A stretch of 64,000 nucleotides of DNA, from NCBI RefSeq assembly GCF_036321535.1, contig NC_087437.1:64978001-65042000 (forward strand). The letters are read 5' to 3'. Source of the DNA: Camelus dromedarius. Lineage: Eukaryota. This document shows positions 53,499 through 64,000 of the stretch, piece after piece (the stretch's first letter is position 1; every line of letters starts with the position of its first letter). Made by a program: the position numbers and the translations under genes. The notes beneath the pieces were generated by a model that worked only from the letters and a program-made list of their open reading frames with translations, was not told the origin of the DNA and did no database searches.

Positions 53499-54451
53499 AG
53501 CCCCAATTTGTCCATTTTAGGTTGAGACCTCCTTTAATATAATTTCCCCAATCAGGTAAGTATTTACAAGTATAATTCCCATATATATTGTATATGAACC
53601 TGGCTGGGGTGTTAGCTGGAGGCTGGCAATCTGTTGTTCCTTTTTCTTTGGTTTTGAGAACTTTATTACCCATTCTGAGGTTGGTTTGTTGAAATAAAAT
53701 TGCTAGTGACGATGGTGTGATGGGCTCGTGTGCTGCTTGAAAGCTTAACTCCTCTAGGTTTTTACCCAGAGTTGTCTCAGCTCCCTCCTATGTCTCAGGT
53801 TCCCCCTTTGGTGGTATAAGACCACCATGGGTGCTCAGATCACTGAATGACCAATTATTATTCGAGTCCCTGGTAGAGCAAATTTTAATTAAAATGAGTG
53901 GGTTTCCCTACAGGGACAGTTGCATGGCATGAGGTCTTTGCCTCCATCACTCCTGCAAGTTTCTCAGTCACCTGAGAAAGCTGTTGCTGGCCAGAAGGAG
54001 GAGTCCCATCTTCAGAGGTGAAAGGCCCTCATAAGATTTCAGTTTTATTTCAACAAACTCTATTAAAGTAGCCAGTTCAAGGAAAAATGACAGGCCAGCC
54101 TTCCTTTATTTACTCAGTCCAACCCTACTCAGTGTTCTCTTAACTGAGCAAAGTCTTTTCAGTCTTTTAACTGAGGATAACCCACTCAATGTCTAAACTG
54201 AGCACAAATCTTCCTAGTGGCTTTCACTGAGGATAACCCAGGTATCCCTTATTGAAACTAAGTTTCAAGGATAACCTACTCCTCCAGAGAGGATTTTAAC
54301 ACCACCAAATAAAACTTAGGATCATCAACCAATAACGGGAGAATCTAGAATCAGGACTCACAGAGGAGGAGGATGGGTGCTAGAGGCCTCGGCTGGTACC
54401 AAGGTTCTGGATCCTTGTAGAGTTCAGGTGAAGGACAGAAGTCTGCTCTGG

Positions 54452-54472
54452 GTCCCTTCACAATGGTCACCA
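54452..54472 (-). promoter_or_regulatory. Degenerate primer binding site, tRNA-Arg type
   Basis: TGGTGACCATTGTGAAGGGAC, 4 nt downstream of the 5' LTR. Compared with TGGCGACCACGAAGGGAC (complement of the tRNA-Arg(TCG) 3' end as recalled), it shows CpG decay and a 3-nt insertion. Confidence 0.75.
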
Positions 54473-54476
54473 AAAC

Positions 54477-54974
54477 TGCTGACTGAAATAAAACGCACAA
54501 CCTAAAAATTGAGAGTTATGTTTTATTCTGTGGATATTTCTGAGGACTCAGCCCAGAATGACAGCCTCTCAGATCGCTCTGAGGAACTGCTCCAAAGAGG
54601 TAGGGGAGAAGCCAGGATATACAGGAGTTTTACAACAAAGACCAGGTAGTCAGAACATTAAAAGATTACTGTTAACTAATGAAAACCAGACATCTCAAGG
54701 TAAAGAATTTAGTGCTTTTCTGTGTATGGGAAGGAGCAAATGTCTGGGTTCACTGAAATCATTCCTTTGACAAGCACCTAGCTGTCTAGGGCCAGTATCC
54801 TGTCCTCTCACATTCTGAGTTCTCTCAGAGGGCACCACTGTGGAGGGCTGCAGATGCTGGGCTGCCTGCTTGTCTGCACCCTGAGCTCACTGTAGGGGGT
54901 GATGGCAGCTTGATGACTTGATGGTTTCAGCATTCTTTGTTTACTAATATGGCTTGCAGTATTTTCCATTCACA
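54477..54974 (-). repeat. 5' LTR of the provirus
   Basis: TG...CA termini; direct repeat of 45175-45668; followed on the minus strand by the PBS. Confidence 0.95.
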
Positions 54975-55039
54975 ATAGATATTAATATAGTCAGAGAGGG
55001 GAGGCAAATATGAAATTAAAAGAGAACATGTGCTTAAGC

Positions 55040-56810
55040 AAGGTGTATGAATGTAAAATCACATAAAAATAAACTGTAACAAGTATCAGCAAAAACAAAT
55101 AGAAAAGGGAATTTAAAAAATACCAGCTACAATAGCATAGAAGATACCTAGGAATAAATCTAATGAAAGATGTTTAAGAGATCAATACCAAACACTCTAA
55201 AACATTATTGAAAGAAATTAAAGATCTAAATAAATGGAGACATACCATGCTCATGATTTGAAAGGTTCATCTTGTAAAAATGTCAGCATTTCCCAAACCA
55301 ATCTACAGTTGCAACACAAAATCCAACAGGGTTTGTGAGTGTAGAAAATGACAAGTTGATTTTAAAAATTCATATGGAGATGCAAAAAAACCAAGAATAG
55401 CAAAGGCAATCTTGAAGAACAATAATGGAGGATTTGCACTACTCAGTAGCAGATCTACTGAAAAGCTACAGTAATGATAATAGAGAGAAATTGACCCAAA
55501 CATAGATACGGCAGTCAATGGAACAGAACAGAGCACAGAAAAAGACCCACACATACACTGAGGCATCATTTATGACAAAAGTGACACTGCAGTGCAGTGG
55601 GGGAAATGATGGTGTTTTCAATTTAAAAAACAGTATCTGGATACTCATATGGAAAAAAATGTTTTTACTCTCATCTTACACCATGCATAAAAACCAGTTC
55701 TATACAGATTACAGGTCTAACTGTTAAAGTTAAATAAAAATAAGGCTTTTAGAGGAAAATATAAAAGAACATCTGTATGACTGTGGAGTAAGCCAACATT
55801 TCTCAAATAAGACATAAACAATGGCAATCATAAAAGAAAAACAATTGATACATGACTATTAAAATTAATAATTTTGTCATTCATCAAAAGATACCATTAA
55901 GAGTAAAAAGATAACTCACAATGTGGGGGAAAATATGCATATTACATACGTCTGTCAAAGGGTTTGTGTCTAGACTATATAAATAACTTCAAAAATCAGT
56001 AACAAAAAGATCGATATTCAGATTTTTGAGTCTTTTGTAATTATAATACTGCAATAATAACCTTGCAAGTAAGTCAAATGTATCTGTAGAATATATTTCC
56101 AGAAGTGAGACTGCTTGACAAAAGTATGTTTCTATAATTTTTAGAACTGCCTATTCATTTCCTTTGTCCACTTTTCTATTGAGTCATTTGTCCCTTTCTT
56201 ATAAGTTTGTAAGATCTACTTTTATATTAACGCTTTCACCCTCGACATTGCAAATATTTTTTCTATTGATTTCGTTTGTGGATTTTAAAAGGCACAAATC
56301 TTAAGTGTAAAACTCCATCATATTTTAAGTATGTGTAATTCACACAACCACCACTCAGGTAAGATATTTGTAGTAAATACTTATTTATAATAAATACATT
56401 ATATATAATATTATATATTTATAATAAATAAAATAAACATATATATTTGTATTAATATAAATAAATATGTATCTCTAGCACCTCAGTGCTGGAAGCCCTT
56501 CAGAGTAATAACTGCTGCTTCCCTTCTGTCTCTCAGCCAAACTATCCTCCCTCGTGGTAACCAGTATTTTGACTTCTATCACCATAGGTTTGCTTTGTCT
56601 GTTCCGAATTTCATAAAAATGAAATAATGCCATTTACAACGTTTGTGTTTGATTTCTGTTACTTAACATTACGTCTGTGAGATTCATCTGTTGTTGCCTG
56701 TAACAAGATTCTTTTCTCCATTGTTCAGTAGAACTCACAAATATGCCACAATTTATTTCTCCATTTTTTTGTTGAAGGACATTTGGTTTGTTTTCAGTTT
56801 TAGGGTTGGC
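55040..56810. mobile_element. Cluster of old L1M fragments (plus strand to about 56010, minus strand thereafter)
   Basis: ORF2-like LKEIKDLNKWRHTM, KFIWRCKKPRIAKAILK; abrupt switch from A-rich to T-rich. Confidence 0.7.
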
Positions 56811-58094
56811 TATTGTTGTCTTAGTTTAAGCTAGGAATTATGCTTCCCAGAATCATCTAGATCAGAACTTGAGTGAGATTTGGGAGGTAGAAGTGAAGTA
56901 GCAGGTATTACTCTGAGTGGTCACAGACTGGGTGGAGGTCATGGTCAGATACCTTGCGCCAGTGAGGCTTTGTCCTTTGCTGATGAATCTGAGTGTATAG
57001 GAGAATGCATTCAATGTACAGGCTGTTTATATAGCCTCAGGGTTGGGCAGGAGCGTGTGAATAGGTTGGGGCATTTTTGGTCTCTGCTGTACATGTACAC
57101 AGCCTGAGCCCGAAATACCATTGCCTTCACTAGGACTGCAACCTCAGACTAGTAGGGCTAAACTCTTGGCCATTCCCCTCTGGTCAGCACTGAAGAGGTC
57201 ATTTCTACATACAGCCTTGCTGTGCATGGGTGTTACCTACTCCTACCAATTGAGAGAGTCCTCATGAAGGAGCGAGCTCTCAATCTTTTTAGAATACATT
57301 TTTTATGATTTTTTTTTTTGATTCTTGAGCTGTTAATTTTGATTCATCTCTTAAGAAAACTGGAAATTACTGGAGTAATTATTATAGGAGTAGTATGTGA
57401 ATGATATAATTCCTGAATTCTGACATGTCTAAGAATGCCTTCTTACCAAACTGTGGATACATAATTCATAGGTCACACTCATATCCTTGTGCAGACGCAG
57501 CTTTACTAACTTCAGAGGTATGGAATAGTTCAGAGCCCACTGATTTTTGTTCCTTTGTAGCCAACTTAATTTTCCTACTTACATGCTTATATTATCATCA
57601 GTCTCATCAAACCACTCAGAAAGGTCAAACTGAAAGAATATGAGCTTATGTTAACTAACCTTACTTTAATAATCATTTCATAATATATTCACGTTTCAAA
57701 TCATCACACTGTACACTTTAAAACTTACACAATGTTATATGTCAATTATATTTCATTAAAGCTGGGAGAAAAAAAGATATGTGCTTAGAGTCATGTTAGG
57801 ATGGTTCTGACAGAGAACCTCACATCTGAGAACTTGTCTCATCCATGGCTCCCTACATTTCAACATCCGAAAATGCATCAAATAAGGAGATAACATGAGC
57901 AAAGGAGATATTATTTCATTATTCTCTAAACTACTTATGTTTTCCCTTAAGGGGTATAGAGAATGATACAGTAGGTATTCAATCCATAAAAAAGATCTTT
58001 AAGAACATGTTTCATTTATGGGGGAAATAATAACGGGGGAAAGAGTGGAGCTGGGCTTTTAAAAAAAATGTATGGGTGAAATATGTTTCATTTA

Positions 58095-58400
58095 TTAAAA
58101 TTTTTTTTAATTTTTATTTTTTGATTTACAATGTTGTGTTAGTTTCTGGTGTACAGCATAGTGATTCAGTTATACATAAATATATATACATATTCTTTTT
58201 CATTACAGGTTACTACAAGCCATTGAATATAGTTCCCTGTGCTATACAGCAGGACCTTGTTGTTTAGCTATTCTGTAATAGTAGTTTGTAGCAGCCAATC
58301 CCAAACACCCAATTTATCTCTCCCTCCCTCTCCCCCTCCCAGTAACCAAAAGTTTGTTTTCCATGTCTATGAGTCTCTGTTTTATAAATAAGCTGTAAAT
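58095..58400 (-). mobile_element. L1 3' end, artiodactyl type
   Basis: GTTTCTGGTGTACAGCATAGTGATTCAG...TTGAATATAGTTCCCTGTGCTATACAG. Confidence 0.8.
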
Positions 58401-58769
58401 CTAAATAGCTCAAGGATGAGCTGTTTAGATTGCAGGAGGTATACTTTGAGAACATAATGTGTGTTATGTATTCAGCATTATCAGCTCATATCAACATGTA
58501 CTCATTTCTGGCAGAGTAAACACTAAAAAAAGAAATCAGCAGTAAAAGCTATTATAATTTGTATTCCTGTTAAAATGATAAGCATGTTTTACTAACACTT
58601 TGAATACTCAAGCTTGCTTTAGTTAAGAAATAAATAATACAGTTGTGGTATTGATGAATAAATATATATAAAAGTGAGAATACAAAGAAATTGTAACTGA
58701 AGGTAGGCCAGAGAGATAAAGGGAGAGAGAAGACAGTGGTAGAGATTAAAACTAAAACTTAAGAATTAA

Positions 58770-59468
58770 AAAAAAAAAATAACTACAGAACTTCCTATAG
58801 TAAGAGGTGAAGTTGAATAAAAATTTTTTTCATAGTTGCCAAAACTTGGAAGCAACCAAGATTCCTTCAGTAAGTTAGTGGATAAATAAACAATAATACA
58901 TCCAAACAATGTAATATTATCCAGTGCTAAAAAGAAATGAACTATCAAGCCATGAAAGAGATACGGTGGAAATTTAAGTGCATATTACTAAGTGAAAGCA
59001 GTAAATATGAAAAGGTTGTTTAATGTATGATTCCAATTATAAGACATTCTGGAAAAGGCAAAACTAAGGAGACAGTAAAAAGATCACTGATTGCCGGGGC
59101 TGGGGTGTGGAGGAATGAACTGGCGGAGTACAGGATTTTTAGGGCAGTGAAACTATCTTGTATGATACTGCAGTGGTGGGTAAAAGTCATTATACATTTG
59201 TTAATACCCACAGAACGTACAACACAAAGAGTGACCTCTAATGTATAGGACTTTGGGTGATGGTGTGTGAATATAGGTTCATGAATTGTAAAAAACAAAA
59301 CAAAACAAAAAAAACCTGTACCACTCTGGTGCAGGATGTTTATATTGTAGGGGAGGTTGTGCATGTGTGGGAAGAGGGGTATATGAGGATCCTCTGTACT
59401 TTCTGCTCAGTTTTGTTGTGAACCTAAAACTGCTCTTAAAAATAAAATTTTAATTAAAAAAAAAAAAG
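58770..59468 (+). mobile_element. L1MC-like 3' end
   Basis: GACATTCTGGAAAAGGCAAAACTA...GTGAACCTAAAACTGCTCT.AAAAATAAA plus poly-A. Confidence 0.8.
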
Positions 59469-60107
59469 ACCTTGCTGCTGGTCAGTAGTTTTCAACTATA
59501 ATATTTATCATTTCCTACAAACTCAAAAATGTTATAGGTATAAATATTAATTATGTATCTCATTAACACAACTGCTTATTTTTACCTCAAAAGCAAAATA
59601 AAATAAAAATATCTAAGAGATAAAAGAACATGATAAAATATGTGAGAGATAAGAGAACAACTGTTTCATTAAAACAATTACTTAGCTTCACCTTTACCCT
59701 AAGTTATAACTTACTTTTCGACTAAAATTTAAGAAGCAACAGATAAAAAGGCTCAGAGATATAATTAAAACAATGGACATTTATTATAAATCAACAATTT
59801 TGACATTTCACAATTGAAAACAGCAGTGTGGTAAAAAAAGAACACTGAACTTGAACTTTAGAACACCTGATCTGCCACTTGTTAACTAACAATATGTGGG
59901 CAAGTTACCTAACCTCTGGATTTGTTTTCTTATCTGTTAAACTTCATAAAAGTTTTAAGATTAAATGAAAACAAATGAAAATGCTGGTACTCATAAAAGG
60001 TAAGGGAAAAAAAGTAATATTAACTGAACCAGAGTTCAAAAACTCTGAACTGGATTTAATTTCTTATCATCAAAAGTTAAGATTCCTTTTCCTCAGTCTT
60101 AGGAATT

Positions 60108-60113
60108 TTTATT
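60108..60113 (-). terminator. Candidate EAF2 polyadenylation signal AATAAA
   Basis: TTTATT on the plus strand about 60 nt past the stop codon. Confidence 0.6.
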
Positions 60114-60173
60114 CTTAATATAAAATAAATTATCACATGTCTTGTAAATTTATACTTAGAGCTCAATATTTCT

Positions 60174-60220
60174 TCAGTCATCACTGTCACTTCCTGATTC
60201 ACTCAGCTGCAAATCATTTC
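60174..60220 (-). CDS. EAF2: EAF2 (ELL-associated factor 2) last coding exon, (R)NDLQLSESGSDSDD*
   Basis: TTTTATTTTAG acceptor then GA AAT GAT TTG CAG CTG AGT GAA TCA GGA AGT GAC AGT GAT GAC TGA. This matches the EAF-family C-terminus as I recall it and the EAF2-SLC15A2 same-strand synteny. Too short for the ORF track; upstream exons were not found in the window. Confidence 0.9.
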
Positions 60221-61265
60221 CTAAAATAAAAAAAGCAACACTGTAACAATATTTTAATATTGAATATTTTTGGAAAACATAGATATTATGCAAAATATAA
60301 CCCCAAAGTGATCCTCATTGGTCAGTATTTTGTCTTTAATAATCATAGATGCTTATCCTATAATTTAGTCACATCATTAGTAACTCAAATAATACTGCCT
60401 ATAAAGAAAAAAATAAACCATCAATCTTCAGTATAGTTTTAGTATTAACTGACATCTATTTTAATCTTTTTTCATATACCAACATCACCTCTTTTTTATA
60501 CCACTGATTTAATTACATCAGGAAATGAGAAGAAAATGTGGTTTAGAAGATCATTCTATTTTGAAGAATGAAATAAAGTTATATAATTTTTTAAAGTTTC
60601 AGCCAAAATCATTAAGTAGTATATGTTAAGAGTAACTCACATTGATTCTTTTGTAATACATCCATGTGGTTATAGTCATGGAACTTACAGTCCAAATGGG
60701 GAGACAGATAGTAAACAAGTAGACAAATATATAATGTAATATTTATCTCAAGTAGGGATAAGTACTATGAAAAAATGAAGATGGGTGTAGGGGAGTGGTG
60801 GAAGGAGCTATTTAGACAGAGCAGTTAGGAAGGCCTCCTTGAGATAGAACATTTGGACAGAGATCCAAATGTTGAGAGAGAGTTGTGAGAATATGGAGGC
60901 GGAGAAACTGCCCAGGCTCAAGGAACAGAAAATACAAATGCTCCAAGGTAGAAGCATGTTTATTGTGTTCTCTGACAGCAAGAACACCACTGTGGCTGGA
61001 GTGGAATGAATGAGAAAAGAACAGTAGGAAATAGGTCAGAAAGATACCTAAAGACCATGCTGTAGAGGTCATGGTTAAAAAAAAAACTTCAGATTTTGTT
61101 TGAAATGTAATGGGAATTCAATTCATTGGAAAATTTTAAGCAGGCAACTGAATTGAACTCTATCGCATATCAGTGAATAGGCTATAATAGTGTGGAAGAA
61201 ACACGGAATCAAGTAGAGCAGTTATGAGCCTATGTAGTTTCTTATGCAAGAAATAATACTGGCTT

Positions 61266-62020
61266 TGAGATGGACAAACACTGTATGATTTCACTTATAT
61301 GTGGAATGCAAAAAACAAAGCAAATGAACAAGCCGAAACAGAGTGATGAATGCAAAAAACAAATAGGTGCCAGAAGAGAGAATGGTAGGGTGAGGAGAGA
61401 AATAGGTGAGGGAGATTAAGCAGTACAAACTTTCAGTTATAAAAGAAATGAGTCACAGGTATGAAATGTACAGTGTAGGGAATATAGCCAATAACTATGT
61501 AATATCTTTAATTGATGACATATTATAACTAGACTTATCATGGTGATCATTTTGAAGTATACAGAAATATCAAATCACTATGTTGTGTACCAGGAACTAA
61601 CATAGTGTTATAGGTCAATTATAGTTCACAACCAAACAAACAAGCAAGCTCATAGAAAAAAGATCAGATTTGTGGCTACCAGAGGTAGGGGGTTGGGGGT
61701 GGAGATCAAATGAAGGTAGTCAAAAGATACAAACTTTCAGTTATAAGATAAATAAGTACTAGGGATGTAATGTATAATATGATGAAAAGAATTAACACTG
61801 CTGTATGTTATAAAAGGAAGTAAATCCTAAGAGTTCTCATCACAAGGAAAAACATTTTTTTTTCTATTTCTTTAATGCTGTATCTATATGCAATGATGGA
61901 TGCTCACTAAATCTATTGTGATCATTTCATGATGGATGTAGTCAAACATTAGTTGTACACCTTAAAATTATACACTGTTGTATGCCAATTATATCTCAAT
62001 AAAACTGGGGAAAAAAGAAA
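61266..62020 (+). mobile_element. L1MA-like 3' end inserted in an L2 (about 60660-62370, minus), EAF2 last intron
   Basis: 18-bp TSD AAGAAATAATA(C/T)TGGCTT at 61248-61265 and 62021-62038; CAATTATATCTCAATAAAACTGG end. Confidence 0.8.
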
Positions 62021-62374
62021 AAGAAATAATATTGGCTTAGACTCAGGTGGTCCAGGTGAAGGTAATGCTAAATGGTCAAATTTATAATTTGCTTTGAAGA
62101 TAGAGCTTACAGGACTATCAACAGTATTGGATTTAGTGCATGAGAGAAAGAGAAAAGTGAAGAATGACCTCCAAGGTTTCTGGTCTAAACAACTGAATAA
62201 ATGGTGGTATCATTCACTGAGATGAGAAACACCAGAGGAACAAGACTGTAAGAAAAATCACAAGTTCAATTTTCAACATGGTACATTTGAAATAGCTAAT
62301 AAACATTCAAGTATATATGGTACAGGCAACTGGATATATGAGTCTGAAGCTCAAGGTAGAGGCTAGAGCTAAAA

Positions 62375-63560
62375 AAGTGGTGCTGGGAAAACTGGAAGCT
62401 TCCTGTAAAAGAGTGAAATTAGAACATTCTCTAACACTATACGCAAAAATAAACTCAAAATGGATTACAGACTAAGTGTGAGACCAGATGCTATAAAACT
62501 CCTAGAGGAAAACATAGGCAGAACACTCTTTGACATGAATCACAGCAATATTTTTTTTGAACCAGCTCCTAGAATAATGGAAATAAAAGCAAAAATAAAC
62601 AAATGGGACCTAATTAAACTTAAAAGCTTTTGCACAGCTAAGGATACCATCAACAAAATGAAAAGACAACCTACAGAATGGGAGAAAATATTTGCAAATG
62701 ATGTGACCAACAAGGGACTAATTTCCAAAATATACAAACAGCTCATACAGCTTAATATTTTTTTAAAAAAGCAATCCAATTTAAAAAAATGAGCAGAAGA
62801 CCTAAATAGATATCTCTCCAAAGAAGATATCCAGATGACCAACAGGCACATGAAAAGATACTCAGCATCACTAATTGTTAGAGAAATGCAAACCAAAACT
62901 ACAATGAGATATCACCTCACACCAGTCAGAATGGCCAACATTAAAAAGTTCACAAATGATAAATGCTGGAGAGGGTGTGGATACAAAGGAACCCTCCTAC
63001 ATTGTTGGTGAGAATGTAAGTTGGTGCAGCCACTATGGAGGACAGTATGGAATTTCCTTAAAAAACTAAAAATAAACTTACCATATGATCCAGCAATCCC
63101 ACTCCTCGGCATATATCCAGAGGAAAATATAATTCGAAAAGACACATGCACCCCAAAGTTCACAGCAGCACTGTATACAATAGCCAACACATGGAAACAA
63201 CCTAAAAGTCCATTGAGAGATGACTGGATAAAGAAGATGTGGTATTTATACACAATGGAATACTACTCAGCCATAAAAAATAATGAAATAATGCCATTTG
63301 CAGCACAATGGATGGACCTGGAGATTGTCATTCTAAGTGAAGCAAACCAGAAAGAAAAAGAAAAACACCATATGATAAATATGGCTTATATGTAGAATAG
63401 ATATGGCTTATATGTAGAATCGAAAAAAAGGACAAAAATGAACTTATGTACAAAACAGAAACAGACTCACAAACATAGAGAACAAACTTATGGAACTTAT
63501 GGTTACCAGTGGGTAAAGGGGGTGGGAAGGGATAAATCAGGAGTTCAAAATTTGCACCTC
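62375..63560 (+). mobile_element. Relatively young L1 ORF2 C-terminal fragment
   Basis: ORFs 62460..62792 and 63021..63395 ([41 protein letters not shown]). Confidence 0.93.
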
Positions 63561-64000
63561 TTGGGGAATGATGGAAATGTTAGCTATCTTGATTGTGGTG
63601 GTAGTTTCATATGTGTATACACCTATCAAAATTCATCAAATTGTATATCTGAAATATGTGTAGCTTACTGTACAAGAATTATACCACAACAGAGGTGTTT
63701 TTAAAAAGTATTCTTTTACACAGATTTAAAATTCTCTGAAACTTACAAGGATGCAACTATCATGTAAACTGAAAGACTTTACCTTTTTTTTTAGAACTTT
63801 ACAAGGATTTTCTTTTTTTAATCATTTTTGAAAACATCAGTGATATCAATGCTGCTCATTGTATTTGGATCAGCAGTATAGTACCTCAACACTTCTCTGC
63901 GTATGCAATTCTATGAATATATATGTACATACTTTTCCAGCCCTTATTTGAACAAGTTAAATAAAAAGAAAAATTATCGACATACGAGTCGAATGCTGTC

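Larger units (their letters stand above)
51000..53673 (-). pseudogene. gag: ERV gag remnant, interrupted by an L1 and a solo LTR
   Basis: MGNK... start (myristoylation-type MG), LKWTNWGSFD matrix motif rejoined across the L1, proline-rich spacer, capsid fragments, degenerate zinc knuckle CFYCKKKSYQKNDC at about 51030-51071. Confidence 0.88.
45175..54974 (-). mobile_element. Full-length, defective class I (gamma-like) endogenous retrovirus, LTR-gag-pro-pol-env-LTR
   Basis: Two LTR direct repeats of about 495 bp; 4-bp TSD ATAG (45171-45174 and 54975-54978); PBS, PPT, and gag/pro/pol/env remnants in the correct order on the minus strand. Confidence 0.96.

Noticed and set aside
55980..56260. L1 twin-priming inversion at the strand switch
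   Set aside because: The fragments are too decayed and I found no TSD; independent old L1 pieces are equally likely
1045..63422. Recurrent 22-23 bp tandem duplications (1045, 35672, 41910, 63379) as a CRISPR-like or shared system
   Set aside because: The units are unrelated in sequence, have only two copies and no spacers; these are ordinary slippage or repair duplications

Overview
Mammalian genomic DNA, most likely a camelid judging from the tRNA-derived SINEs and cetartiodactyl-type L1 ends. The window holds the complete, intact SLC15A2 (PEPT2 H+/oligopeptide transporter) gene on the minus strand. I mapped all 22 coding exons by hand between 42731 and 13400: all introns are GT-AG and the CDS is 2190 nt, i.e. 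729 aa plus stop. The last coding exon of EAF2 is at 60174-60220 (minus). Between the two genes lies a full-length but decayed class I endogenous retrovirus (45175-54974, minus) with two LTRs, a 4-bp TSD, a tRNA-Arg-type PBS and a PABL-B/HERV-R(b)-like env. Its gag carries nested insertions: an unrelated solo LTR, and an L1 that itself contains a micro-insertion. The rest is old L1, L2, CR1, MER5, MaLR and ERVL repeat material. I found no convincing new biological system. The best leads are the sense-oriented LTR 2.4 kb upstream of SLC15A2, extra N-glycosylation sequons in PEPT2, an upstream in-frame ATG, and the odd 3' end of the nested LTR. Family names and comparisons with human proteins come from memory, not from a database search.
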